A stretch of DNA of 64,000 nucleotides. Source: Methanothrix sp. (GTDB lineage Archaea; Halobacteriota; Methanosarcinia; Methanotrichales; Methanotrichaceae). The position numbers and the translations under genes were made by a program. The notes beneath the pieces were generated by a model. The model was not told the origin of the DNA and made no database searches. It saw only the letters and a program-made list of their open reading frames with translations. This document shows positions 30,615 through 40,673 of this stretch, in pieces. The number at the start of each line of letters is the position of its first letter. Within the stretch, counting starts at the first letter, position 1. Location: NCBI GenBank assembly GCA_037128175.1, contig JBAXWY010000005.1, positions 1-64,000 of the forward strand. Reading direction: 5' to 3'.

Positions 30615-30881
30615 TTGGATAATATGGATATGCGAGTTTTGGTGGGCAAGGAGATAAAAGCGGGCGACAGAACCATCTGGCCCGTGATGAGGATCTTTGT
30701 TCTAAAGACCCGGGAGGACGGGATCCAGGCAATCCAGATCACGCCTCTCGCTATGCTCATCATCGAACCGGCAGGACAATACGCGTTATCCTTTGATGGA
30801 GAGCCGATGACTATCGAAGCCATCTTAGAGCTGGCCGCCCCCCTGAAAGAAGTCCTGGAAAAATCCAGGAGATTAAGATAA
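30615..30881 (+). CDS. Small YtfJ-like protein
   Basis: VGKEIKAGDRTIWPV...ITPLAMLII; start uncertain. Confidence 0.55.
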   Translation: MDNMDMRVLVGKEIKAGDRTIWPVMRIFVLKTREDGIQAIQITPLAMLIIEPAGQYALSFDGEPMTIEAILELAAPLKEVLEKSRRLR

Positions 30882-30883
30882 AG

Positions 30884-31339
30884 CTACTGCTGATTGGTTA
30901 CGATCTTGATGTAGTTAGCAGCAGATGCTGGTCCATAAGCCATTGCCTCCCGATTGCCTGCCTTGATCGTCTCTATGTTAACTTTGGTGCATGAATCACT
31001 GCACAAGGTTTCCCCGCAGGGACTGCAATTCCCAGAATCCTGATTCTTCTTGATCTCCAGGTTATTGGTAGCCGTGGCGATGGGTCTCTTTTGCCAGAGA
31101 TTCCCCAAAGCCAATGCCCTATCATCACCAACAGTCAAACTATCGATGTTTGTATCCTGCCTTTCCGGGAACTTGAAAGCAGATCCTTCCGTCTCAAATA
31201 TCCCTCCATTTTTTCCAAGGATATCCACACCTCCGTTGCCGACTATGCCCTGCGCCATTACATGAACCGAGAGCATAGCCATAGCCAACACCAATATAAC
31301 GCCTATTTTTTTGATTATCTCACCCCATACATTCTTCAA
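30884..31339 (-). CDS. Secreted hypothetical protein
   Basis: Signal peptide KKIGVILVLAMAMLSVHVMA; Cys cluster near the C-terminus. Confidence 0.65.
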   Translation of the reverse strand: MKNVWGEIIKKIGVILVLAMAMLSVHVMAQGIVGNGGVDILGKNGGIFETEGSAFKFPERQDTNIDSLTVGDDRALALGNLWQKRPIATATNNLEIKKNQDSGNCSPCGETLCSDSCTKVNIETIKAGNREAMAYGPASAANYIKIVTNQQ

Positions 31340-31530
31340 TATCGGAGAATGTTAGTAGTGATACTATTTATATTTTTTGGTAGTATATACTAGCTAAGCT
31401 ATGCTTAATACATTATAAGTTTTCCAAATATTTAATAAGTATATGCATATTTTTTGATGCATCTTAAATGAAAAAGCATTCCATTCTAATCCAAAAGGCT
31501 TCTATACAATTGGGCAATTGTAGTGGCTGC

Positions 31531-32133
31531 ATGATCTTTTCCATCGAAGAAATCCTCCGCACATTCGGCTATTTCGCACTATTCGGCTTCGTGTTCGCCG
31601 AGTCCGGTCTGTTCTTCGGCTTTTTTTTGCCGGGAGACTCGCTTCTTTTCACGGCAGGAATAGTTGCGGCTAACGGGCATCTCGATATTTACACAATTAT
31701 ATTCGGATCGATCATCTGTGCATTTCTGGGTGATCAGGTCGGATATTGGACTGGAAAATGGTTTGGTGCTGCATTCTTTTCTAAGCCGGGCACTTTCTTT
31801 AGAAATCCGGTTTATATGGAAAAGGCGGAGAGGTTCTATATGTTGCACGGCAAGAAAGCAATCGTGCTGGCCAGGTTTGTACCAGTAGTGCGCACCTTCG
31901 CTCCGATACTTGCCGGAACCGGGCGCATGGATTATTCCACATTCGTTACCTACAATGCATTGGGTGGTATTTTCTGGTGCCTACTTCTCATTGGAGCCGG
32001 CTATATTCTCGGCAATATCCTTCCTAATTCTGGCGAGGTTTTAACCCTTGTAATCTTTGCGATAATCGTAGTATCCCTGATCCCCGTTGCGAACGAAGCT
32101 TATGGCGAATGGAAGAAAAGAAAAATCGAATGA
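31531..32133 (+). CDS. DedA/VTT family membrane protein
   Basis: Motifs FAESGLFFGFFLPGDSLLF and ARFVPVVRTFAP. Confidence 0.92.
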   Translation: MIFSIEEILRTFGYFALFGFVFAESGLFFGFFLPGDSLLFTAGIVAANGHLDIYTIIFGSIICAFLGDQVGYWTGKWFGAAFFSKPGTFFRNPVYMEKAERFYMLHGKKAIVLARFVPVVRTFAPILAGTGRMDYSTFVTYNALGGIFWCLLLIGAGYILGNILPNSGEVLTLVIFAIIVVSLIPVANEAYGEWKKRKIE

Positions 32134-32138
32134 AAAAT

Positions 32139-32582
32139 TCATTTCTCACCTACAGTCCCTTTGATCTCCACCTTGAAGACCATCTCCGAGGCAGGAGAAG
32201 AAACCAAGATCGTCAAATCCACGGGGATCTTTCCCAGGGAAATGGTCAGGGGTGCACCAGAATTAGCGACCTCCACCTTGATCCCCTGAGACAAATTTGT
32301 GAATGCACCGATAAGAGCGCCAAAATCAATAGTCTTTGCTACCGATTCTAAATTAGGAATTATGGTGATGGGTGCAACCTCTATGGGCCCGACAGCGATG
32401 GGACTCCTGGAATCGCCGGATATCCTTGCCGATATGGGACTCGCTTCTTCCCCGGAGACCTGCACGCTCAAAGCCCCATCTTTTCCCGTTCCTTTCACCT
32501 TGGCCACTATTGGGTGCTTCTCCTGGTCCTCCGATCCCTGGATTGTTGCCCGCGCATCTGCATCTACTTTGAAGGTCACCAT
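32139..32582 (-). CDS. Hypothetical protein
   Basis: 147-aa beta-rich ORF filling the gap between convergent and divergent genes. Confidence 0.6.
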   Translation of the reverse strand: MVTFKVDADARATIQGSEDQEKHPIVAKVKGTGKDGALSVQVSGEEASPISARISGDSRSPIAVGPIEVAPITIIPNLESVAKTIDFGALIGAFTNLSQGIKVEVANSGAPLTISLGKIPVDLTILVSSPASEMVFKVEIKGTVGEK

Positions 32583-32730
32583 GGTATCATCGTAAAGTCT
32601 TAGGATTTTCTGGGATATAAAGAATGGCAGAGATCGAGCTTAGGCTACGATGGTTAACAGGATAAATAAAATATAACTTAAAATAATAGCAGCGAAAGGC
32701 TGATATCTTCATGGAGGACACTACGCTGCG

Positions 32731-33693
32731 ATGCTTGAAGTAGGATATCTGCATATCGATAATCCCATTGCCGTTATTTCTTCACATAACAAGCCCGACT
32801 TTAACGATGCGGCGGGCTTGCTCTTGCTGGATGGTTTCGATCTGGATGAGGTTCCTCTCGAGGAGATGCAGGCCAGTTTAGAAACAATCAGCCAGAAAGG
32901 GACAGGAGCCTTTGGCCTATCCGCCACCTGTTCCCGGGACGAACCCCTCCTGGAGGCGGCCCGGCTCGCAAGCAAAAATCTCTGCCTGCTCGAACTCCGG
33001 CTTTCCAAGATTCGCGACCCTATTCGCCTCTTGGAACTCATTTCGCGCCTGAAGAGCTGCGGCGTCACCCTCTCCCTGAGGATAAGGCCGGAAGACCTAT
33101 CCAATGCCCTTTTAGAAAAGCTCAATGAGAGCGAGCTGGACATAATTCACCTCGATCTGCGCGGCCTGAATGGAGCCGGACCAAAAATGGTCAAGAAGGC
33201 AAAAGACAGCAGAGGTCCAGTAATTATGGCCCTGGCTGATATCGGCGAGTTTGAAGATGCCAGGAACCTGCTGGTCATGGGTGCGGACGTTGTATCTATG
33301 CGTGGAGCGGACCCCGAGTTTGCACAATGGCTCTCCGGAGCCATGCAGGAGTACGACTCTTTGAGCGGATGGTGCAATGCACCCAAGCACATCTGCGCGG
33401 GCGGCGACCTGCGCGGCCTGGCCTTCTGCTGTCCTCCCGTCAAGAATTGCCCGGTCCTCGGCGCTCTTAAAAAGGCAGGCATGTCGCCGGATGAGTTTAT
33501 CCAAAAGAAGCTCTCCTTTGCCAAGGGTACCCTTCTGGAGACGGGCGAAGGAACCTGCTTTGGAAGCCTAGTGTGGTGCTGCAAGAAGAGCAAGCAATGC
33601 TATCTGCGTGATGCTGCATTAGCCAGAATCGGGCTTTCGGGAAAGGAATATATGGAGCTGAAAAAGAAGCTGGCAGAAGAGCTTCTTTCCTAA
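32731..33693 (+). CDS. Methanogenesis marker 9 domain protein
   Basis: C-term APKHICAGGDLRGLAFCCPPVKNCP...TCFGSLVWCCK. Confidence 0.85.
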   Translation: MLEVGYLHIDNPIAVISSHNKPDFNDAAGLLLLDGFDLDEVPLEEMQASLETISQKGTGAFGLSATCSRDEPLLEAARLASKNLCLLELRLSKIRDPIRLLELISRLKSCGVTLSLRIRPEDLSNALLEKLNESELDIIHLDLRGLNGAGPKMVKKAKDSRGPVIMALADIGEFEDARNLLVMGADVVSMRGADPEFAQWLSGAMQEYDSLSGWCNAPKHICAGGDLRGLAFCCPPVKNCPVLGALKKAGMSPDEFIQKKLSFAKGTLLETGEGTCFGSLVWCCKKSKQCYLRDAALARIGLSGKEYMELKKKLAEELLS

Positions 33694-33708
33694 AGCCTCT
33701 GATAAGTC

Positions 33709-34551
33709 ATGAATCCCGAACGCGTGGCCCAGTGCGCCGTGCTGGCTATGCTCTTTGAGCTTTCCTCCAGTCCCAAGCCCGGCAATGTGGATCGCTGCCA
33801 CGACTTTTCCGATATCGGATTTCATCATTTCCTGACGAGTGCCGTCTCCGCTTACCCCATCTTTCGCAAAGCCGCCAACGGCAGAGGGAGCGTGGGCTCG
33901 CTTATTCTGGAAGGCGTGGAGGCCTGGCAGACCTGGTTTTTGAGCAGCAACACTCACTTTGGCTCTCTGGTCCTCATGATACCCATAGCTATTGCTGCCG
34001 GAAATTCCGGCGAATTGCATAGAGAGCTAAGAAGAGTCCTGGAAAAGACCACCGTAATCGATGCCATCGACTTTTACAGCGCCTTCGAGAAGGCCAAAGC
34101 CAGAGTGGCCGAGGTGGACAGTTTCAGCCTGAATGATCGGAACTGGCAAAAAACCGTTCGGGAGAGCGGCAAGACTCTGTTAGAGCTGATGAGGCTCTCC
34201 TCCAAGCACGACATTGTGGCTCGCGAATGGTCCACCAATTATGAGCGCTCATTTCTGCTCGGAGATCGATTGGCAGAGCAAATCAGCCGATGGGGCCAAA
34301 ACGACGGCGTGGTCAGAACCTTCCTGGAGGCGCTGGCCGAGGTGCCCGACAGCCTGATTTGCGCCAAATTTGGGGAGGAGACGGCCCAACGGGTCTCGCG
34401 ACAGGCAAGCGAGGCTCTCCTGGATGACACCCTTGGCAAGGCTCATGAGCTGGATCGCTCTCTTCTGGCACAGGACATAAATCCCGGGTCCACTGCGGAC
34501 CTGATTGCAGCATCTTTATTTATCTCCCTTCTGAGGGGTTTGAGGTTTTAA
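33709..34551 (+). CDS. citG: Triphosphoribosyl-dephospho-CoA synthase (CitG family)
   Basis: Motifs PKPGNVDR, NTHFG and NPGSTADL. Confidence 0.88.
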   Translation: MNPERVAQCAVLAMLFELSSSPKPGNVDRCHDFSDIGFHHFLTSAVSAYPIFRKAANGRGSVGSLILEGVEAWQTWFLSSNTHFGSLVLMIPIAIAAGNSGELHRELRRVLEKTTVIDAIDFYSAFEKAKARVAEVDSFSLNDRNWQKTVRESGKTLLELMRLSSKHDIVAREWSTNYERSFLLGDRLAEQISRWGQNDGVVRTFLEALAEVPDSLICAKFGEETAQRVSRQASEALLDDTLGKAHELDRSLLAQDINPGSTADLIAASLFISLLRGLRF

Positions 34552-34553
34552 TA

Positions 34554-35147
34554 ATGCTTTATGGAAATGACGGTTTAGATGAGCTTGGAATATTAGGCGG
34601 CATAAACGAGGTAATTGCAACTACGGAGAACGCAGGCAGGATCAATGCCGCGCCTCTAGGCATCATCAGAGATGGTGAGAGCCTTTATGTGCGGCTTTTC
34701 TTGGGAACTCATACCTACGAAAACATCCTGATCAATGGGTGGTTTGTGGCCAATATCTGCCATGATGCCTGGCTCTTCGCGGAGACGGCGATAGAAGACC
34801 TTGAAGCTGAATATTTCACGCGCCGGGAAGAATTGCCCATCCTAAAAGAGGCAGAAGCCTGGGGGCTCTTTAAATGCGAGAACTTTGCCACGGATATAAT
34901 CATCGCCAAGGTGGAGCTGGTTAAGGGCGAGGTTTTGCATAGAGACTTTCGCGCCTGCAACCGGGGGGCAAATCTTGTGATCGAAGCGGCGGTTGCTGCC
35001 ACCCGATATCTGGCTCTTCGCACCGATTCCTATTTCGAGGAGCTGATGAAGATGCAAAGGATCATCGACCGCTGTGGTGGTCCCAGGGAGCGTGAAGCCA
35101 TGGACCGGCTCATGGATCGGATCGATAGATTTACTCATGTAAGATAG
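34554..35147 (+). CDS. DUF447 family (FMN split-barrel) protein
   Basis: Motifs NAAPLGII, THTYEN and NRGANLVIEAAV. Confidence 0.85.
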   Translation: MLYGNDGLDELGILGGINEVIATTENAGRINAAPLGIIRDGESLYVRLFLGTHTYENILINGWFVANICHDAWLFAETAIEDLEAEYFTRREELPILKEAEAWGLFKCENFATDIIIAKVELVKGEVLHRDFRACNRGANLVIEAAVAATRYLALRTDSYFEELMKMQRIIDRCGGPREREAMDRLMDRIDRFTHVR

Positions 35148-35164
35148 GTGATTTGTGATCGCTC

Positions 35165-35830
35165 ATGCTTGAACGTTTGCCTTCCGGCTGCCAGAGCCTG
35201 GATCTTCTCTTAAGCGGGGGATTTGAATCGGGCATAATAACCCAGCTTTACGGGGAGGCAGGCACAGGAAAAAGCAACATTGTCATGCAACTGGCGGTGC
35301 AAGCGGTAGCTCGGGGGCTACGCGTCATATTCATAGATACGGAGGGCTTTTCAGGAGAGAGGTTCAAACAGATTGCCGGTCCGGGCGCAGAAGAGATGGC
35401 CGCGAAGATCATGATCTTTGAGCCCATGAGCCTGGAACAGCAGGCCATAGCCATTCGCGAGGCCTCTAAGATCGCCGGCCGGGATTTAGGCCTGATAATT
35501 CTCGATTCGGCAACATCCCTTTACCGTGTGCTTCTGGAGGCAGATGATAACCGTTCTATTCGCCGAACATTAACCGTCCAGCTCTCCGAGCTACAGGAGA
35601 TTGCTCGCCGGCACAGGATTCCCGTAGTAATAACCAATCAGGTCTACATGGACATTGAGAACAACTCGCTGCGGCCCATAGGCGGCACGGGCCTGGAGCA
35701 CATCTGCAAGGCCATCATCTTTTTGGAGAAGAAAGGAGATGGTTTGCGACGTGCCCGGCTCATGAAGCACCGCTCTTCCCCGGAAGGGATCGCGGCGGAT
35801 TTCCGCCTGACGGCTCGCGGCGTGGAATAG
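35165..35830 (+). CDS. radB: DNA repair and recombination protein RadB
   Basis: GEAGTGKS, IDTEGFS, ITNQVY and C-terminal KHR; no N-terminal domain. Confidence 0.95.
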   Translation: MLERLPSGCQSLDLLLSGGFESGIITQLYGEAGTGKSNIVMQLAVQAVARGLRVIFIDTEGFSGERFKQIAGPGAEEMAAKIMIFEPMSLEQQAIAIREASKIAGRDLGLIILDSATSLYRVLLEADDNRSIRRTLTVQLSELQEIARRHRIPVVITNQVYMDIENNSLRPIGGTGLEHICKAIIFLEKKGDGLRRARLMKHRSSPEGIAADFRLTARGVE

Positions 35831-35869
35831 TAATGGTATAACCAGCGGCTAACGACGTTTTCAACCACA
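35828..35869 (+). repeat. Truncated copy of repeat family B
   Basis: GTATAACCAGCGGCTAACGACGTTTTCAACCACA directly after the radB TAG. Confidence 0.75.
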
Positions 35870-35874
35870 TGCGC

Positions 35875-36375
35875 TTACAGTCGCATCTTCATGATGATGG
35901 CCGCCTCACCGTCACTATAGTAAGCAGGACAGATGCCGAGCATACGAAAGCCCAGCATGGAATAGAGCGACTGGGCCTTTTTATTGCTCACTCTCACCTC
36001 CAGGGTGACGCTGAGAGCTCCCATCTGCCGGAAGATCTGTAAAACCTCCAGCATAAGTCTCATGCCTATGCTTCGGCTCTGAAAACCCGGCCTTACGGCC
36101 AGCCAGAAGACTCTCCCCTCGAAAGGAGTATGCTTGAATCCCAGAACGAAGCCTGCCACAATTCCACTCACCTCTGCGACAAGAGAGCTGCCGCCGTGGT
36201 ATTCATAAAAGGCCGAGAAGATGGCCGGATCATATCCGCCGAAGACCTCCCGGTCGATCTCTAAAGCTGCCTCCAGATCGTCCGGCAGAAATCTCCTTAC
36301 CACGACGGGATTATTGAAGAATGCCGTACCCATTCCATCCATTAGCCGACTGCGAGTCTGTTCCTCAGGCCACAT
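35875..36375 (-). CDS. rimI: RimI-like GNAT N-acetyltransferase
   Basis: Motifs LAVRPGFQSRSIG, LEVRVSN and YYSDGEAA. Confidence 0.85.
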   Translation of the reverse strand: MWPEEQTRSRLMDGMGTAFFNNPVVVRRFLPDDLEAALEIDREVFGGYDPAIFSAFYEYHGGSSLVAEVSGIVAGFVLGFKHTPFEGRVFWLAVRPGFQSRSIGMRLMLEVLQIFRQMGALSVTLEVRVSNKKAQSLYSMLGFRMLGICPAYYSDGEAAIIMKMRL

Positions 36376-36476
36376 TCTCTCATGCCCCAGGATTTATGAG
36401 CGGAAATAGTTTATCCGACAATAGATAAAGAGGGTAAAGAGGAGAATAGAACTCCTGTCCGTGAAAAGGAAGGCCA

Positions 36477-39311
36477 ATGAGAAAGACTCAGTTCCAGACA
36501 GCTCTGCTTGCTATTGTTTTATTACTGATCTGGTGGCAGGCAAGCCTTTGGTATCAGGCCCAGCTTGTAACTGATGAGCGAACGCGCGTTGCCGGCCAGC
36601 TTGATCCACAGGGCAACTCTCTAGCTATGGCCATTTCTCAGCGCCTGGAATTGCTGGAAGGCCTGGATGCCTTTGTCCAGGCAGAGATCAGATCGCCCAA
36701 GCCCGCCTTGGATGATGAGTTTGAGATATTCTCAGAGCATATCTATTCCAGCACCAACGGCATTCGCAATCTTGCCGTAGCGCCAAATGGAGTCTTTCGG
36801 TACGTATATCCGGCACGCGATTATGAAGCCATGATCGGACGCAGCCTCTTCCAGGATCTTTTCCCCGGCTTTAGGGAGGATGTGCAAAAAGCCATTGACA
36901 CCCATCGCCTGGTTATCACCAATCCTCATGAGATGAGGAGAGGCGGCCTGGGGCTAGTGGCCAGAAAAGCCGTTTATGAGAATGAGACATTCTGGGGAAT
37001 AGTCATGATAACGGTCGATATCCCACCGGTGCTGCAAGCGGCAGGAGTGAACAACACCTCTGGTGGCCTGGATCTGGCACTAAGAGATAGCAGTGGGCAG
37101 GTATTTTTTGGAGAAAGCCGAGTATTCAAATTTGAACCGGTGATTCATAGAGTAGAGTTGCCCGACGGCTACTGGGAGATGGCCGGGGTGCCGGCAGGCG
37201 GATGGATTGACTCAGTACAGGTGCCTCTGAGGATCGCCCAAATGGTAGGCTTGATAATTATTGGACTTTTAATCGGCCTTTTTTACCTGGTGGCCGGCAG
37301 ACAGGACTTACTGAACAAGATGGTCATAAAGAAAACAGCCGATCTGAATAATGAGCTGACTGAACGGAAAAGAGCGGAAAAGGCTTTACAGGAGAGGGAT
37401 CGGCATTTAAAAGCTATTTTTGAAGCTGCTAAGAATGTCTCGTTTATCATCGCCGATACCAGAAGTTTGGATCCCACCATCCTGGAATTTTCTCCGGGTG
37501 CTGAGAAGTGCTTCGGCTACCTTCGTCAAGAGGTCTTGGGAAAGCCGGTTTCATTGCTGCTTGTCCTGGAGGATCGCGATAAATTGGTGGAAGCGGCTCG
37601 CCGCATGAGAAAAGAAACAACAATCTCTGGGTTTAGAACATTTGTGAGACATAATCTGGAGAAGTTTCCGGCAATGTATTCCATATATCCCCTGCTCAAC
37701 GAATCGGGTGAGTTTTATGCGGCTCTGGGTGTTTGCATAGACATAACCGAGCAGAAGAAGATGGAGGAGGAGCTGGTCAGGGCCAGGGACGCTGCCGAGG
37801 CCTCGGCCAAAGCGAAAGCGGAGTTCACTGCCAATGTGAGCCATGAGATAAGAACGCCTCTTAATGCCGTCATCGGCATGACGGACCTGCTCTTGGAGAG
37901 CGATCTTGATCCGGTAAAGAGAGATTATGTAAAGACCATTCGCAGCAGCGGCCTTTCCCTGCTTTGCATCATCAACGAGATACTGGATTTTTCTAAGATC
38001 GACGCCAGGAAAATGGATCTTGTGGACCTTCCATTCGATTTGCGGGAGGTTCTGGAGACCTCTCTCGATCAGGTTGCAGCCATTGCCGCTGAGAAACGAT
38101 TGGAGCTGGCTTATGTTATGGCAAGCGATGTACCACGGAAAATGAATGGCGATGCCTTGCGTCTGGGGCAGGTTCTTGTAAACCTGGCTAACAATGCCAT
38201 CAAATTCACCGAATCGGGAGAGGTCACAGTCTTCGTGGCAATGGAGAAAAAAGAAAAAGCATATCACTTCACAGTCAGCGATACAGGGATAGGCATTCCA
38301 GAGGATCGCATGTCCCGGCTATTTCTCCCCTTCAGCCAGGTAGATTCATCACTTGCCCGCAGGTATGACGGAACCGGCCTTGGTCTGGCCATTAGCAGCC
38401 GGTTGGTGGAGCTGATGGGCGGTCGAATCTGGGCGGAGAGCAAAACCGGTGTAGGATCTCAATTTCATTTCACCATACCTGAAAAAAACACAGAGGGCGC
38501 GGCCATTGATCAAGATGCAGAAGATTATTCCAGATTAATAGGCAAGAAGGCACTCATTGCAGTCGGAAAAGAGGCGGGAAGAGAGATGCTGGCCAATCAT
38601 CTTCGCTATTTTGCCATGCCTGCGGCAAAGCCCGGCTCGGACTGGGAAGCCGGCAAGCTGCTGGACAAGGAGAAGTACGATGTAGTTATCGCTGATGCCG
38701 ATATCTCAAAATGGCCACATCTGGCGGAAAGATTGAGCCAGCCGGATCTGCAATCATTGCCCGTGATCGAGGTCGGCTTTTTGGGAGAGGAGGCAACACC
38801 GCAGGCCAAAATCAAAGCCTTCTTAACCAAGCCTGTCAAAGAAGCGTCGCTTGGCAGTGCATTGCTGCGCATTTTTGGGGAAAGGGAAGAATCAATAGAG
38901 CCGCAGAGGGAAACGGCTTTGCCTTTTGCGAGAAACCAAGATCTTCGCATTCTTCTTGCAGAAGACAATCCAATCAACCAAAAAGTGGCATTGGCCATGC
39001 TAAAACATTTGGGTTATAAGGCTGATGTGGCCGTCAACGGCAATGATGTGCTGAAAATTTTAGAGCAAAAATCCTATGATGTGATCCTCATGGACATCCA
39101 GATGCCGGAAATGGATGGGCTGGAGGCTACAAGATCCATTCGCAGCAGCCTGCCCGGGGCAAGGCAGCCCAAGATAATCGCCATGACCGCCTATACCTTG
39201 CAGGGAGATCGGGAGCAGTGCCTGGCGGCGGGAATGGATGAATACATCAGCAAGCCGGTGAAGATGGAGGAGCTGAGAGGAGCTCTCGATAAGGTAGGAA
39301 AGTCAGATTAG
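36477..39311 (+). CDS. Hybrid sensor histidine kinase (CHASE-PAS-HisKA-HATPase-REC)
   Basis: Motifs SHEIRTPLN, NAIKFT, DTGIG, GTGLGL, LAEDN and MDIQMPEMDG; two TM helices flank a CHASE-like domain. Confidence 0.93.
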   Translation: MRKTQFQTALLAIVLLLIWWQASLWYQAQLVTDERTRVAGQLDPQGNSLAMAISQRLELLEGLDAFVQAEIRSPKPALDDEFEIFSEHIYSSTNGIRNLAVAPNGVFRYVYPARDYEAMIGRSLFQDLFPGFREDVQKAIDTHRLVITNPHEMRRGGLGLVARKAVYENETFWGIVMITVDIPPVLQAAGVNNTSGGLDLALRDSSGQVFFGESRVFKFEPVIHRVELPDGYWEMAGVPAGGWIDSVQVPLRIAQMVGLIIIGLLIGLFYLVAGRQDLLNKMVIKKTADLNNELTERKRAEKALQERDRHLKAIFEAAKNVSFIIADTRSLDPTILEFSPGAEKCFGYLRQEVLGKPVSLLLVLEDRDKLVEAARRMRKETTISGFRTFVRHNLEKFPAMYSIYPLLNESGEFYAALGVCIDITEQKKMEEELVRARDAAEASAKAKAEFTANVSHEIRTPLNAVIGMTDLLLESDLDPVKRDYVKTIRSSGLSLLCIINEILDFSKIDARKMDLVDLPFDLREVLETSLDQVAAIAAEKRLELAYVMASDVPRKMNGDALRLGQVLVNLANNAIKFTESGEVTVFVAMEKKEKAYHFTVSDTGIGIPEDRMSRLFLPFSQVDSSLARRYDGTGLGLAISSRLVELMGGRIWAESKTGVGSQFHFTIPEKNTEGAAIDQDAEDYSRLIGKKALIAVGKEAGREMLANHLRYFAMPAAKPGSDWEAGKLLDKEKYDVVIADADISKWPHLAERLSQPDLQSLPVIEVGFLGEEATPQAKIKAFLTKPVKEASLGSALLRIFGEREESIEPQRETALPFARNQDLRILLAEDNPINQKVALAMLKHLGYKADVAVNGNDVLKILEQKSYDVILMDIQMPEMDGLEATRSIRSSLPGARQPKIIAMTAYTLQGDREQCLAAGMDEYISKPVKMEELRGALDKVGKSD

Positions 39312-39319
39312 ATAATAAA

Positions 39320-40546
39320 TTATTTCGCCACAGCCAGCGTCAGATTCCCGTGCGGCATGACCAGCATGCGTGCATCCCTGCCCTGCCGCTCTCTGGCCAG
39401 CTCTAGAGCCTCCTCAAGAGTTGCCGCTGGAGTCATGAAGCACATCTCGGCCTTATCCGTCGGCAGGGCCGATACCAGGATCAGGTGATGCTGCATGGAC
39501 TCTTTGGCCAGGAAGGCGGCCTTGTGCCCGCCAAACTCGTACTCTCGCCCGAATCGCTCCCAGCAATCTTTAGCAGATGTCGCTTCCCTTGCCCAGCGTT
39601 CGAAGACGGGATGGCCCAGCCCCTCGCAGCACTCCGCCACCAGGATGATGCTTCCTCCCGGCAGGGCGGCATTCTTGGCATTGTCCAGCGCTTTTTGGGC
39701 CTGGAAGAGGTTGAGATCTTTGGGTCTGCCGCCAGCACAGGTCACAACTATCTCTGCCTGCTTAACGGGGCGTCGGTACATGCGATCCACAGTAGCGGCC
39801 CCCAGGCGGTGAGCGGTGATAAAGTCGCCTGCAACCGACTGCACTATCTCCTTTTTACCGTTCAGAACGACATTCAAAATGAAATCCAGCCCGGCAATTC
39901 CAGCCGCGTCCTCCATGTCCTGACGCACTGGGCTGTCCAATCTACCCGTAATTGAGTTTGCTTCTCTCATCAGCTCGTGGTTCTTGATGACAGAACGCTC
40001 CGAGCTGACTCCGGGCAGGACGGCTTTGCCTCCGCCGCTGTAGCCTGCATAATAGTGATATTCGATATTTCCAGTGGCCACGATTAAATCCGAGGAGGCA
40101 ACACTCTCCAGTATCTCCACCGGCGTTCCCCGCCCGGTCTCGCCCAAATATACGCAATTCTTTGGGTCATGCTGCATGTAGGGCAAACTGGTGCAGCCGC
40201 GCAGGAGCAAGCGCTCTTCCTCTGTCGTCATTCTGCGGTGCGTGCCCAGAGCAAAGACGATTTTCAGGTCGGCAATGCCCAGATCCTTGAGCCTCCTAAT
40301 TAGGGGGGGAAGCATGAGGTGGCTGGGAGCAGGCCGGGTGATGTCGCTGACCAGAATGCTGGCCGATTTGGAGACGGCAAAATCATCCAGGCTTTTTCCC
40401 GTGGCATGATCAATCGATCTTTCCACCTCACCGGGGGGCGCGGCTGGAAGCTCCTCTGCCAACACTACCTCTGTCCCAACACCTACCACCAGATCGAGGC
40501 ATCCTTGGCCGTAACCAAGCTTGATTTTGCGATTATTTGAATTCAT
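39320..40546 (-). CDS. larA: Nickel-dependent lactate racemase (LarA/DUF2088) family
   Basis: Motifs SDITRP, ALGTHR, HYYAGYSGG, YEFGGHK and MPHG; start uncertain. Confidence 0.85.
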   Translation of the reverse strand: MNSNNRKIKLGYGQGCLDLVVGVGTEVVLAEELPAAPPGEVERSIDHATGKSLDDFAVSKSASILVSDITRPAPSHLMLPPLIRRLKDLGIADLKIVFALGTHRRMTTEEERLLLRGCTSLPYMQHDPKNCVYLGETGRGTPVEILESVASSDLIVATGNIEYHYYAGYSGGGKAVLPGVSSERSVIKNHELMREANSITGRLDSPVRQDMEDAAGIAGLDFILNVVLNGKKEIVQSVAGDFITAHRLGAATVDRMYRRPVKQAEIVVTCAGGRPKDLNLFQAQKALDNAKNAALPGGSIILVAECCEGLGHPVFERWAREATSAKDCWERFGREYEFGGHKAAFLAKESMQHHLILVSALPTDKAEMCFMTPAATLEEALELARERQGRDARMLVMPHGNLTLAVAK

Positions 40547-40560
40547 TAACATTCCGGTGA

Positions 40561-40673
40561 CTAGCCTCAAGTTATCTAGTTCTTAGTTCGTCTCTGTGCG
40601 TTCTCTGTGAACTGTGGTGTCTCTGTGGTGAAAACGTCGTTAGTCACTGGTTATAACAAACGACTACGAACTA
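40561..40673 (-). repeat. CACAGAG-rich dispersed repeat (family B)
   Basis: Reverse complement of 19825-19949; begins at the TAG stop of the DUF58 gene. Confidence 0.85.

Noticed and set aside
31313-31339. Possible ATA/ATC start for the secreted protein after RBS GGTGA
   Set aside because: An in-frame TTG exists at 31339 and RBS spacing to ATC is short; cannot be decided from the sequence
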